Shown in pieces: positions 1-12,982 of a stretch of DNA of 64,000 nucleotides. Made by a program: the position numbers and the translations under genes. The notes under the pieces are model-generated. The model saw only the letters and a program-made list of their open reading frames with translations. It ran no database searches and was not told the origin of the DNA. The stretch lies in the NCBI GenBank assembly GCA_003971905.1, contig RSEE01000108.1, positions 1 to 64,000 of the forward strand. The letters are read 5' to 3'. Source of the stretch: Moniliella sp. 'wahieum'. Its lineage: Eukaryota. Every line of letters begins with the position of its first letter. Positions within the stretch are counted from its first letter, which is position 1.

Positions 1-299
1 GGATTAATGTGCAGCTAACTGGGAAAGGAGTGTAAAGTCATAACATTCTCTACATCGCTCCCACAAAAGCTATGCCCCCATTCACAAGACGTAGCACGCA
101 AATGTAGTTGGGTTTGAATGGCATGGATGGAGGGTGGTTGGATGTAGTGGAGCCGTGGGCCGTAAGCCGTGGCTCCGGGGGCCCGCAACGCCCAACGCTT
201 CACGCCCTAGGCGTACCTGGTCGACAAGCTTGCTAGTTGTTGCTAGTTCCGCCAGGCCGAACCAAAAACCAACCCGTCCGGGTCGGGTGTGGGGGGCAC

Positions 300-1737
300 T
301 CACCACCCCCCTCCCCCTTCCGACCGACCCGACGACCCAGGCCGACCGGGTCCAGTGCCCGTCCCGTGTGCACATGCGCGTCGTACCCATCCAAGTCTTT
401 CCGGCTTGCTCATGCTTGCTCCAGTCTTACGCCAGCTGCTGCTCGCAGCTCCGGGGTGGAACCTTGCTGTACTCATCCAAGTCCCAGTCGCCAACAACAA
501 CCACTCAAACGTATCGTCCACCTGGGGCTTGCTCATGCTCGCCTGGCCGTCGGCGTCCGTACCGCCTGGTGTGACGCGCCAACCACCGAGCAACGCACTA
601 TCCTTCTCTGGCGCACTTAGCCCCAACTATCCCCCGCCGACGCGCACTAAATACAAAGTACTCGTCGCTGGGCGCTCGTCCACGGTAGGTGCGCTTGTAG
701 AATTGCTGGTTCCGGTGGAAGTGGAAGTAGAGGTGGGAGTGGCTGGGTCCAAGTCGGACTGCCATGCGCCGAAGCGGTTGCCATGCGTAAGGATTGGCGT
801 GGTGGGACGAAGCGGAGGTAGGATGTCTGTGTGTGTGCGTTGTGGTGGTGCGAGGGCGGCAGGCCAGTGGAACCAGGGAAGCCGGAGCCGAAGACGAAGC
901 AGAGGTAGGAGGTACGCGACGCGCTTGGACCGGAGCAAAGTCGAACCATGCGCCGAGCGCTTGCCAGAAGGGTTGTTCCTTCTCGAGGGAGCGGATGCGT
1001 AGGCCAGGATTACCGTCGGGGAAGAAGAAGGGGAAGAAGGGGACGACGAGAAGACGAATCAGGAGAGGTCAAGTGGATCAACGTGCGCAAGAGCGGGGCG
1101 AGCAAGTCAGGGAAAATACACCAAGTCCGAACAAAGAATGTGCGTGATGGGGTTTGGACAGGCAGCACGCACAGCCGCAGCGTGCACTGCATCGCCCCAT
1201 GCCAGCGGCGCGACTCGCATCGTCACCCCTGCGCGCCCCTGGGAAGGCAAGCGCCACGTTGCGCTCCAGCAGCGGACACACGTTCTCCAGGTCGGTCAGG
1301 ATAGTGTGGGAGAAGCAGAGGAGGAGGAGGAGGGGGACGGGGGAGCCAGCTGGTCCAGGCCAAGCCCAATTGGATGCCGACGTACCCGACGCCGGCGCCC
1401 AATTCGACCACGACGGGGGGCGGTGGTGGTGGCGAGGTGACGCTGGTGGTAGGGGGGAGGAGAAAGGCGGCGGGTTCGAACTGGAGCGGGAGCGGGTCGG
1501 TGGGCAGCGGCGGGTGGAGGTAGCGGACGAGCACATGGGCGGCCTCCAGATGCGGCCGGCAATGCCAAAGGCGGCAATGTCCGCCGCCGAGTCGTGCTTC
1601 CACGAGGCGTGGGCGGGGCTGGGGCCGGCGCGCTGGGGGTGATGGCGAGGTGCGCGGGGAAGTTGGGGTCGCCGGGGGCGGAGGCATGGTGGGAGCAACA
1701 GGGGGGGGGGGGGTACCTTGAAGATTGATTGGGCCAT
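300..1737 (-). CDS. Class I SAM-dependent protein-lysine methyltransferase (METTL21/EFM, Methyltransf_16-like); frameshifted in the assembly
   Basis: Motifs stitched across frames: GIAGRIW(E)AAHVLVRYL, SAM motif I VVELGAGVGYVGI, ILTDLENVCPLLERNV, (S)DLVYFPDLLAPLLRTL and a C-terminal DDTFEWLLL. ATG at 1737; 3' end approximate. Confidence 0.8.
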
Positions 1738-1793
1738 CGGGATGGGCTTCGCAGTGCGGAACGCCTGGTTCCGCCCGGGGAGGGGGGGAGTGA

Positions 1794-1954
1794 CACGTGA
1801 CTAACACGTGACTCCACGTGAATGGAAGGCGGGCGGAGCGAGCAAGTGGGTTATACGGCCAGTGCGAGTGACTGGTGCGTGACTGATGAGTGACTCGTGA
1901 TGGTGATAGTGCGTGTGATTCGCAAGTCGTGCCCTCGTAGTGACTGGCCACGTG
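1794..1954. promoter_or_regulatory. Cluster of CACGTG(A) E-boxes in a divergent promoter
   Basis: CACGTG at 1794, 1805, 1815 and 1949, plus several GTGACT words, between the head-to-head methyltransferase and SUR7/PalI-like genes. Confidence 0.5.
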
Positions 1955-2224
1955 ACGTGCTGACTAGTCGTTGCGAGGGTCGATCGGCGGTCCTGAGCTT
2001 TTAAAGGCAGTAGGCCGCACACCACTGTTTGGCTGCACAGCAAGGCGGGAGAAGAAAATGCGGGGCACACACCCACACTCGCCCCGTGCGAGCGTGCCAG
2101 CCGCCCACCCTAGCACCCACTGCCGTGTCGATCGTTTGTATGCCCCGCCGCCACCGCCGTCTTTTAGCCATCTCCTCTGCTGTCCCCCCCACCTCACCTC
2201 CCACCCCTGCTGCTCGTACTGGCC

Positions 2225-5054
2225 ATGCGCTCAGCCTTCCTCACCTGCTGAATCTCCATTGCCACCACCACCACCATCGCCACCACCACCACCACACTCT
2301 TTTTCCCTGCCGCACACACGCCACCTCACCCTGGCCAGCATCGCCTTCTTTATCGCCTTTGTGCTCCAGCTCATCGTACGTTTCTCTCCCTCTTCTGCGC
2401 CCCTGCTCACACCACCCCTTCCCAGCTCAACTTCCGCCCCCTTCGTCCCCTCGCTCACCTCTTCTCCCTCGTCCCAGCACGCCGACGCGCTCCGCTGGGG
2501 GCTGTGGGGCAGCTGTGTCCACCTGGCCAGCCAGCCTGGCCCCAACTGGCAGTGCACCCCTCCCTCCTGGCACTACTCTTCCACTTCCACTTCGGCTTCC
2601 GCTTCCTCTGCGTCGTCCACTTCCACTTCCGCTTCCTCCTCTGCCTCGGGCTGGCCCGCGGTCCAGGCTAGTCTGCTCCCCAGCACAGCCCTCGCCGATG
2701 CATTTGTCCTTGTGCCCCTCTCCACCGGCGTAGCCGGCACATGGTCCTGCTCACCCTCCTCCCCGCACTGAGCTTGCTCCCACGCACGTCCTGCCTCCCC
2801 TGGCGTCGCCGCAAGCAGAAGCGCACTCCCTCCACCTCCACCTCACCCTCACCCTCACCCTCAACACCGTCGTACCTCTACACATACACGTCAGCACTCT
2901 TGGTCAGCACGGTCCTGGCCACCGCACTGGCTACCGCTAGCTTGGGCGTACTCTTATCCTTCTTCCTCGGAATGCGCACCCGCGCCCACACTCCCTCCCA
3001 CCTCTGCAGCCACCCACTGGCCGAGAGGTCCACCGGGTCCGGGTCCGGGTCCGGGTCAGCCGCAGGGTCTGCCGCACCGTCCGCCACTGGGTCCCCCGCT
3101 GCCGCTGGGTCCGCCGCCGCCGCAGGGTCTGCCGCGGGGGGAGACTTTAGTTCCGTACGCACGGCCCAGCTCGGCGCAGGCGTAGCCCTGCCCGCACTGA
3201 GCCTCGTCCTGGTCCTGCTAGGACTGGGGCTGACCCTAACGGCCGTGCGGGCCGGTGCGGTGCTCACTCTCCCTCCGTCGCCGGACACGGCCATGTCCAT
3301 GCGCTCGGGTGGGGACGGGGGCGTGGCAGCGTCGACGCGTACAATGGAGAACTTGGTTCCTGTGCGTGTGGATCCGCGTTGGTCCGCCCCCCCCAGCCGT
3401 ACGAGGACAAAGCGACAAGGAGGATAATGAGCTGGTAAAGACGTACGGTCCGGGTGCGGGGGCTGGCGTGGGGGTGGGTCTGTTGGCGGACAAGTCGCCC
3501 GATTTGCGGGACGGGTCGCGTGGCGGACCTGGACCCTTACCTGGCTGGGCCCGTGCACAGGGTGCCTACCCCCCGACGACGAGTACTACCACGACGACGA
3601 CCCGTCCCGCATCACCACCACTTCTGCCGCCGCTACGGGTACAGGTATGGGTACGGGTACGGCGTGGCCTACACCCAAGTGGACAAGGAGAAGCAGATGG
3701 ACTTGTCGATCGACATGGACATGGACATGGACAAGGACATGGACAAGGACACGGAGACGTACACTGACACCCAAACCGATTTCGGGTGGGACATGACAAC
3801 TTACCCGCCCCCCTGCGCGCGGAGCGGGCGTGGGCCTAGGTCTCGGTCTTAGTCCTCCAGCCTACGCGTCGGAACCGGACCTCTACCCGCCCCCCGACCG
3901 CGACGCGGACCGCAAAACCGTAAGCGACTGGGACCGAGAGGGTGAACGAGAGCGTCGCGCGGATCGTAGGAACGGCGGTCGAGGGCGAGGTCAAGGTCGA
4001 GGTCGAGACCGGGCGCAGCTGCCGTTGCCCCGGGTAGGCGCAGGTGGATCGCGCACAGGGACGGACGCGGGTCAGCTAGTGTCGCCTCACGTCTGTCGTC
4101 GCGGATGAGTTCGTGATGGTCGGCTGGCGCAGGCCTACCTCGGATGACGACCACATGACGACGACGATGACGATGAGGAGGAAGAGGAAGAAAGCGACGC
4201 AGGTCACGCCCCATCGGTCCAAACGAGCAAAAACGACAGCTCGACCGGTCGACGCGGGCTGGTACGGAGATCAGGCAGCTTACGTGTACACCGTGCTGCA
4301 CGCGCTTCGCTCCAGTCCCGCTTGGCTCCCACCGAGGACACGCAAAGTAGTCCCCCTGCTTCCCCACTTTCGCTTGCCCCGCCACTCCCGCGTAATGGGC
4401 CACGCTCACCTACCTCCCCCTCGTGGGCGCTTAACCCGCACTTGAACGTCCCCCCGCCCGCGCGGCCTGGCTCCCACACGCGCACTCGCAGTCGCACTCG
4501 CAGTCGCAGTCGCAGCCGTTCGCGCCGGCCTAAGAATACCGTACCTTCGCATTCGCGTTCCGCTTCCACCTCGGACTCTGACGCTGACCCAGACCAGGAC
4601 CCAGACGCAGAAGGACGGTGTAGCGTGCTGGAGCAGTACGACATTTACGGTGCGCCGAGCGAAGTGGACGGGTACTCTGTTGCGGATTATTTGGCCACAC
4701 CTGCACGCACTGCTTCGCCCCCTCTCCCTTTGCCTTTGCCCGTGTCGCCTCGGTCGCCCCGAACGCCTCGCACGCCACGCACACCACGAAGACGCGCCGA
4801 ACGGGCAGACGCACATGGGTCGTCCTCTGACGCAGGGGGCGCTCCAGCGTCCATCCTCCAGCCGCCACAGCACTTCCCCGTGCGCGGCTACCTAGGCCGG
4901 CGCGCGGGTGCCGATGCGGGCCAAGCTGATGGCCAAGGCCAAGACGCGTGGGAGGCAGCGAGTGCAGGTGGCAGCACGGCCGATTCGTGGGCGGGCGGGG
5001 ATGTGGGTGCGGGTGCGGGTGTGTCTGGGCGGCGTGGGCGGCCGTGGGTACTAG
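2225..5054 (+). CDS. SUR7/PalI (claudin-like) four-TM membrane protein with a long disordered C-terminal tail; frameshifted
   Basis: TM1 LASIAFFIAFVLQLIV; extracellular W-GLW-x2-C...C motif (LRWGLWGSCV...WQCTP); three more hydrophobic segments at 2700-3250; then a P/S/R-rich low-complexity tail. Start and end approximate. Confidence 0.65.
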
Positions 5055-5574
5055 ACCCACCGGCGTGGCGTGGAGGAGTGCTTGTTTGTCCGTCGTTTGT
5101 TCTTTGTTTGTTTGGATTGCTGGATTGGATTTGCGTAACGAGCACTTGGACCGAGGCAGGATTGAGCCCAGGCGGGGGATGGCACAGGTTGGTTGTTGGT
5201 GTGATGCGTGGGACGTGTGACATGTGATGGGCGTGTGAGATGGAGGATGCGGACCTCCGAGGTTATTGTTGGCCAGAGGAAGCGTGTGTTAGGCGTACCC
5301 CCGCTCAGGCACCAGCAGGGTTGCAAATTGCATGCCTCTTAGATCTTAGATCTTACGTACGCAGCGCGCGTGGCTGTGCTGCCCCGCTCTCGTCTGCTCT
5401 CGTCTGCGCAGCCCACCGCAGCCAGGCACGCAACCCTACTGCTTCTCCACATCCTCCTCCCGCTGCGCAGCGCCACGCAGCCACAGCATTTAACCCCCCT
5501 CGCCATCGCCATTGCTATCCCCACCTCCACCTCCACCTCCATCCCCACCACACACCACCACTACCTCCATCGCC

Positions 5575-6283
5575 ATGTCCTTCCCGAACCCTTTGGCCCC
5601 CAACACCCAGCTCGGCTACCCCCAACCGCAGCAACCCCAACAACCCCAGTACCCGCCTACGCCTCGGGCGGCTTCCCGGAACCCATGCGCCCTACGCCTC
5701 GGCCCCAGGCGCAGCCCCCGTCCCCGACACCAGCTACGCACCGCCCAACCCGAACCCAAACGCCTACCCCCCCCCAAACGCCTACCCCACCCCCAGCGCC
5801 AACGCCAGCGCCGACCGAGCAACCCCTACCCGGGCGAGCGGCAAGTGGACGAGAACGGTGTGCCGCTCGAGCCGGGCGAGCGCGGGATCGGCACCATGGC
5901 CGGCGGTGCGCTGGCTGGGTTTGCAGCGAACAAGTTGACGGGCGGACAAGGCGGAAACTGGAGTGCGGCCATCGGTGGCGCCCTGCTCGCTCAAGGTGCT
6001 AAGATGATGTATGGCCGGATCAAGGATAACCGCGCTGGTAGCCATGGGGCAGGTGCAGGTGATGGCAAAGCCCTCGACGGTGCGGGTGGGTACGGGGGTG
6101 CCGGCGGGTACGGCTCGGGGTACGGCCAAGAGGGCAGTGCGCCCCCGGACTATTCGAGTGGCTACGCGGCTGGCGGGTACGCAAGTGGCGGGTACACGGG
6201 CGGCCATGCGAGTGGGTACTACAATGCCCCCCCACGGGCCCGTCGGGCAGTTACGGCGCCGGGTACGGAGCCAAGCCTTTTGA
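5575..6283 (+). CDS. Small Pro/Gln/Gly/Tyr-rich protein with a glycine-zipper (GxxxG) segment
   Basis: ATG at 5575: MSFPNPLAPNTQLGYPQPQQ...GERGIGTMAGGALAGFAANKL..AAIGGALLA, followed by GGY repeats and a pyrimidine-rich 3' UTR. Confidence 0.6.
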
Positions 6284-6737
6284 GCCTCGGAGTCGTTGCT
6301 TTCGTTGATTTTGGTTTGGTTGGTCCCATGCTCCTTCCCGCTCCACTGTTGCGTCGACTCGACGATAACGATAAGGATGCAAGAGTCCATGATCTTCTTC
6401 GGTTCTGTCTTTTCTCTTCTCTTTGCTTTTCTTTTCTTTTGCTTTCGTCTCCCTCTCCTTTGCCCTCGCCCTCTCTTTCCCCACATTTGTGCGTTCTGTC
6501 TCGCCGTCTCTCTGTCTCTGTTGGATCGACCCCCTACCCGTGGCACTCGTTGGCCTGCAGTGGATGTATTCTTGCCTCGTCTCTTCCCGCTTATCCCCCA
6601 CCCCCCCCCCATTCCCAACCACATGATTCATCCTGAATTCCGTTGCCGTTGTCGTTTCGCTTTCCGGTTCTCCTTCTTTTCCCCCTGGCCTGGCCATCCA
6701 GCGTGGCCCATCAAGGGGGAAGGCGTAGTCGATTGTA

Positions 6738-6820
6738 GTATGTGGTACATGGTCCATGGTACATGGTCCATGGTACATGGTCCATGGCACATTGTACGTG
6801 GCACGTGGTACGTGGCGTGG
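6738..6820. repeat. Degenerate 7-mer tandem repeat (CATGGT[A/C])n
   Basis: ggtacatggtccatggtacatggtccatggtacatggtccatggcac... Confidence 0.8.
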
Positions 6821-9800
6821 CGGGCGGGGGGGGGGGTGAGGAGAGAGATGCAGATGCAGGGAAAACCTCGGGGGGGGCGGGAGGGCCTACCTACCTCTGT
6901 GGTTTGTGCTCGTGTTGGTGTTTCCTTTTCACGAGGAGTGCGCGCGAGGATTGCGCGAGAGGATGGCAATCCTTCCCCCCCCCGCTTCTACCTCTACGAT
7001 TTACCGTTGCCTCCCCCGCGCCATTTGGCAGTCTGCGTTGGCGCCGGTTGGAGGTCTGGTTTGGTACATGTTGGTTGTTGGTTGGCGGGCGAGAGCTGGA
7101 GGGTATAATTCAATTGCTTTGAGTGTAGCGTGCTGGTTGGTGTCTGGTGCCTGGGGGTTGACAACCAGTTGGATTCGATTCCATTTGGGTGGATTTGGTT
7201 CGATTCGACTCGATTCGCGCCGGGTTGGTTCGATTCCGGTCGACTGGGTCCGCGTTTCGGTTCGAGGTGGGGAATTGTAGCTCGGGTACATGAAATGGGC
7301 CACCATTCTACCGTAGCCGGACGGAGCAGGGGACCAGCGGCTGGATTGCCGTTGAGCGTTGAACGTTGGGGCCACAGAGGGGGTACCAGGTCCCGATAAC
7401 GCATCCGTCGAGCCGGGATGCCCACCCTAGTCTATCCAAGAAAGCCAGTTTGGTCAGCGCCCGCGATGGCGATGGCGATGGCGCACGAGAGCCTGCCCAA
7501 GACCAAGACCAAGACCGAGAGTGTGATGTCCTGGATACAGCGACCGTGTCCTGCGATCCGCGGTCCCGGGGAATGGACAGACAGGCTGAGACCGAGACGG
7601 TACCGCCTTGACATTGAAGCTTGAAGCTATTGAAGGAGAATGCGGGTTGCCTCGACAGTGAGCCAGCACACCACCTCAAGGCGTCACACGACACCCGTGA
7701 TCGCCCATCATAGACTACCACAGGAGAGCGACACACCTTCCACCGCCCCTCCTTCTCCCCCCCCCCCCAGTCTCATCAAGCCTCAGGCCTCAGGACGGAC
7801 GAACGACACCCGCGGATGTTATGGATGGCCTCCAAAGTCAGACGACCCCAAGTCCCCTCGTTGGCTGTAACACACGAAGGATTGAGGTAACATCGAAATA
7901 CGAACCAGAGGCCGGCAGCGCACATGTAGTCCCCCCCCGCGTCTCAATAGGATATCTGCAGTGTTCGTTCGCATCCCCTGGTCTCTCGTCCCGCGTCCTG
8001 GCCCTGGCTGGTCCCCCGTGGCGTTCCTTCTCGCTCGTAGGGGTTGGATGGGGTCAGTGCAGGTTCGAGCGCGAAGTCGCGCGCTGTGGGCCGGGGCGAG
8101 CCGAGGACAAGGTTGCTAAGGCGGTAAGCGCAGTGCCCGTTCGGTGTCCCCTTCGTCGTACTTCCGCCTACCATCTGTCACGATAAGAAGTAGGCACGGT
8201 AGGCAGTAGGACCGTGTCGCAACGACCCCCACAACGTACCACGTTGTTGCCGCCCATTCAACTTGTTCAGGCCAAGATCAAGAGAGCGAGGTTATCGGAC
8301 TTGTGTGGATTGATGAGGCAGTTGGCCGAGTCACTGCAGTCGCGACGATGCCGTGCCGGTGGTGAGTTGTTTCTCGGATGTGTATAAAAAATATAGCCCA
8401 AAACGTTGCTCTCCTTGTTGTTCTTAAGTTCTTCTCCTCCCGCATGCTTCCGACGTCAACGAACCAGTGGCGGTTTCTTCCTTTCTCTCTGCCCCGGTGG
8501 GCCGTACGTGTCTCTCTCCATCCTCCCGGCGCTCGTCCCATCGTCCCATCGTATCCATGTAACATATCATAGCGTGTCAGGCCGTGCCCTCGGACCCTTC
8601 TTGTACACACTCACCTGCCAGACCCTGCCGTCGCTATACCCAGGTTGTCCTGCCCACCACACTCCCACAAACACTCGCACATCCACACGTCCTCCGCCCC
8701 GACGTACGCGCTGAATTGAAACAGCCACTACGTGCTCACTTGGTCCAGTAGATGAACCCAGAAGTGTGCGCATTGCGGTGGGCTAGGGCTCGGCCGCCGG
8801 ATACTACTGTCACAGTCGAGCCCCGCCCGGGGGCTCGCCCAGGTTGGTGGAGTACACTCCCAAGGACGACTGAGGCTAGGTTCCGCTTGGGATACTTGCG
8901 CTCGATGGTGAATCTGAGCGGACCTAGGCACGAGCAGAGGCCTGGGGCGCGCCAAGCCGAGGCGGACGGGTAGTAAGGTTGGGTATGCACCGCACCGCGG
9001 TTTGGACCGTGTGTACCGTATCGGAAGCTTTTGCGGCGTAGAAATGGGTATAGACACGGGAGGACAAGCATTGCCACAGCGGACTCAGGGCTGGAAAGCG
9101 GCGGCGGTCAACGTACGTGGCTGGAAAGAAACCCAACCCACGCGATATGCTGGTGCAGGGACTCGGTGCGGCTGACGGAACGCTGGCGAACAAGATGGGG
9201 CGGATGGGATGGAAAGTTGCAGGACAAGGTTGGAAGACGCTGTTGAGGCAGCCAAGTGGAGATGATGGTGCCTGTACTGCACCAATTGGCTGGAAACGGG
9301 CAGATGTAGGACAGGAAAGGTGGCAAGGGACGAGAATGCAATAAGGTGGGGCAAAGGGTCCCAACCACCCTCACATCAGGGGTACAGGCTATAGATCCAA
9401 AGGGAAAACCGACACAATATAAGGGTGCAAAAACGAAGACATGTCAAACGACGGGTTGGTCGCGCAGGCGCACCAGAAAAAGGTAAAGTATGTGGGCGGG
9501 GTGACAGTGGTCGCAAAGATACGGAGCACACTTGATGGGCCTCATTTAGGCCAACCGACTTGAGCTGGAACCGGGGCGACTATGGTCGGGCGGATGCGTG
9601 GCTACTCGGGCCACCGTACATGGTTGAACCACCCATCATCCAACTTGAATGGCTGGACTTCCGAGCATGCGCTACTGGCACAGGCAGAGCAGGCCGGTCT
9701 TAGCTTCAATTGGATCAGACCATCTCAGATCCAACGCAAGCCATAACAACTACTGGCTCGTATAGAGGCGTGCCGCACGCGCCGCCTCCCACGGCGTTTC

Positions 9801-11600
9801 CGTCATCCCGTCCCTCGGGCCCTCATCCCTGGGTCTGGACCCTTCTGCCACCGACAAACGAAATGACTGGAGGAACGAAAACGTGAGATTGTGACGGGAG
9901 GATGACTTTGCTTGCCAATAGTATTCATTCAGACAGCATGGAAGCGGGACCTTATATACAAGGAGAAAGGAAAAGCAATCACAGGTTCAACAGCGCGTGA
10001 TGAACGAGACGCACACCTAAAATGGGATCTAGCGTTCAAGGAAGAGATCTATTCGAACAGCATCAGACGTATAGACGGTGAGTACATATGTGTGTGTGAC
10101 CCGTCAGGCACATCTGACTGGGCAGAGCGAACGGACCCGCTGATGCAAAACGTCCCCCATCCGTCCTATACATCCTCATGAGTACCCATCTGCACCTATC
10201 TGCTCATCTGCCCCTCAAACACAACCACATCCGAAACCTTATGTATGGTAATGAAAAACGAGCGTGGGTGCTTTTCGGTCAGCACGGGTTAAACTTCCCT
10301 CGGCGGTGAGGCAGACTTCCACAAACTTGGGTCATTTTGTGGCACAACACTGGTTCTGCAACGAACGCGCCAACTCCCCCAACAACTGCAGCAACAATGT
10401 GTATGGTTTATGGTTCATGCATATTAGAAGTCGTCCACAATATTACCCCGCCCACCCGACCCGAATACGATCGCTGAGCGATCATCCCTTGTATGAGGAT
10501 AATAGCGGCCGCTGAAACTATCTTCCGTGAAGGAGCACTTCACTCTTCAAAGTCCATGGTTCATGTCTTTTATCATCACCCTGTGTTGATCCGAACTCTT
10601 ACGCAGCAGTAATAGTGGAGGTTGTGCCCTCACAGGCGCAGTACTTTGTGGTGTTATCGTTATCCAATCGCAATTAATTGTTTCTCTGTTCTACTGAGTT
10701 CTTTTCCCTTACGTTCTTGCTTGCAATTCCACGCAGCAACATATGGTTCTCCTGCTAATCATCGTTGTTTATACAACCAAGTATTACATACTCAGCATCA
10801 TGATATCAACAACTCGTCAAACCAAGTCAAAGGAATTTTTGCCCCCTCCCCCCGCTCTGCTACCCGAGCTGATCAGAAGGAATGACACTTTGGGGCATGT
10901 TATCCCTGGGCAGACTAGGCGTACGTACACGCAACACCTTTACCATGTTACGTTTTATCCTCATCTAATACACTTAAAATGCGGCTGTAAGCGAGTTCTC
11001 ATCCGTAAGGTGTCCACCATCTACACAGATACTTTGAGTTTCCGGTCAGTTGTGATCGGGGCCATTAACACCAGAACAGAGAACTCCGGTGGGCCATTCA
11101 AATGAGGAATGGAAAGACCCAAACGATTCGTAGTGCCGGCAATACTCATCTTCACTTCAGCATCTTCTTCAGGTAAAATTGTCGGTTTGTGCATGGGTAT
11201 TTGGATTTAATGCATGCACATTAAACAGTAGTAGCCGAATGAGAAGCTGGTTGGTAGCGAGGAATTGATAGGAAGATCAATGCAGTTGAAATATGTGTTA
11301 ACTAGATTACGGGACGTTCTCAGAAAACTACAGCAGCCGTATCCAAACATGGGCTTTGTTGATATCCAACCTGAATATCGGCATCAATATTCATTCGAAA
11401 ATGCAGTTGGCTGCATATCTTCAGATATTAAGATCGGTCGGGGTTGAAAGTAAGAACTGAGGTAGAACATATCGGAGAGTTCAGGCAATTTGGGTTAGAT
11501 CTCTGCCAAATTGAGATAAATCACATCGAGTTGGGGAAAATGGTGTCTGCCGAGGACAGCGACTTGGAACAAATGCATATGTTGTCATGGTGCCGGTACC

Positions 11601-11832
11601 TGTTGACTGTGATCCTCTGGCTCCCGGTAGACCAGGTTCGCCTCGGTTCCATCGGCTTCCACGCTGACGTCCCTGCGTGTCACTGTCCCTGTGCCCTGCA
11701 CTCTCCTGTGTGACTCACTGTCCCTGTGCCTAGTCCAGCCTCCTATATAGATGCCTCTGTACCCAGACCCAACTCTGGCTCCAATCCATCACCTTCTCCT
11801 CATCCTTTGCCGTCCGGCTCCCTAGGCCAACA
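11601..11832 (+). repeat. 5' LTR of the TRIM-like element
   Basis: TGTTG...CAACA termini, internal TATATAG; near-identical to 12744-12982. Confidence 0.93.
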
Positions 11833-11953
11833 GAGCTACAATCTGATCCCCCCGGAAGGGGAGCGCTCTTCAAGCAAGCCCACCCCAAGCCTACAAGCCC
11901 AAGCTAAGCCGCCAAGCCCACAAGACACACCCGTCCTCCCGCCCAACAACACC

Positions 11954-12029
11954 ACCGCCACAATCGGCACCTTACCGCCACAATCGGCATACTACCGCCA
12001 CATCGGCATACTACCGCCACAATCGGCAC
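11954..12029 (+). repeat. ~20-bp tandem repeat x4 (ACCGCCACAATCGGCATACT-like) inside the TRIM
   Basis: Four imperfect copies read directly from the sequence. Confidence 0.8.
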
Positions 12030-12743
12030 ACTCGTCCCCCACAGATGGGGCAATGATTTTTAGGGACAACACACGACGGAACAAAACGTGTCGGGTATCG
12101 TCAACGAGACGAAATTCCTCCAACGACAAAACGGCGCAGGCGAATCGCAGAAAGCGGGGGTGGTGCTCATCAAGTGCCCCACCACGGCTACACGCCCCGG
12201 ATTGCCAATTCATCCGGGGCACCTGGGGAAAGGATGGGGGGGGTGGTCACCCAACTTCTTCCACTCCTCTTTTTCAACAACAAAGAGAACCCAAACAGAT
12301 CAAGACGGGTTGACGCATAGCGCCCGTTCATTTCCATGCCCAATGGACCCCACTGGCACCAGGCATGCGGAACCAAACAACTACCAAACGCATCCAATTT
12401 TGATGCCAAACGACCTTGGACCGCATTTACTCCAAGTTTCCAATTTTCTTTCACTACACCTATAACTGGTGCTTTTTACTTTTGCCCACCAAATCGCTTC
12501 GGGCGCAACCCCTACTACTTTACTTCTAAGACTTCTACAAGCATCTGGCGGTCGCAATACACCAACCACAAGCGCTCGGCTCGTTCAGGTGTCATCCTGG
12601 ACAGCGGGGGTGTAGGCCAGTCGTGTGGCCATGCACAACTCCAGGCCATTCGTCCCGGTTGCCACTCAAGTCCTCCCCTCTCTACATCCACTGGCAGGAG
12701 CTCATCCCACAACCGATGTCTCCGGGTTCCCTGGCCAGGGGGG

Positions 12744-12982
12744 TGTTGACTGTGATCCTCTGGCTCCCAGTCGGTAGACCAGGTTCGCCTCGGTTCCATC
12801 GGCTTCCACGCTGACGTCCCTGCGTGTCACTGTCCCTGTGCCCTGCACTCTCTCCTGTGTGACTCACTGTCCCTGTGCCTAGTCCAGCCTCCTATATAGA
12901 TGCCTCTGTACCCAGACCCAACTCTGGCTCAATCCATCACCTTCTCCTCATCCTTCTGCCCGTCCGGCTCCCTAGGCCAACA
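12744..12982 (+). repeat. 3' LTR of the TRIM-like element
   Basis: Differs from the 5' LTR only by small indels; followed by TSD GTACC. Confidence 0.93.

Larger units (their letters stand above)
11601..12982 (+). mobile_element. Non-autonomous LTR retrotransposon (TRIM-like, probably Copia-derived), 1382 bp
   Basis: Direct repeats 11601-11832 and 12744-12982, each TGTTG...CAACA. 5-bp TSD GTACC at 11596-11600 and 12983-12987. Polypurine AGGGGGG directly before the 3' LTR. No RT or integrase in the 911-bp interior. Confidence 0.93.

Noticed and set aside
7300..8300. Possible TE or gene remnant upstream of the island
   Set aside because: Only short low-complexity ORFs with no diagnostic motif or terminal repeats.
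11833..11845. Self-priming site in the TRIM-like element
   Set aside because: No convincing complement to these bases found within its LTR.
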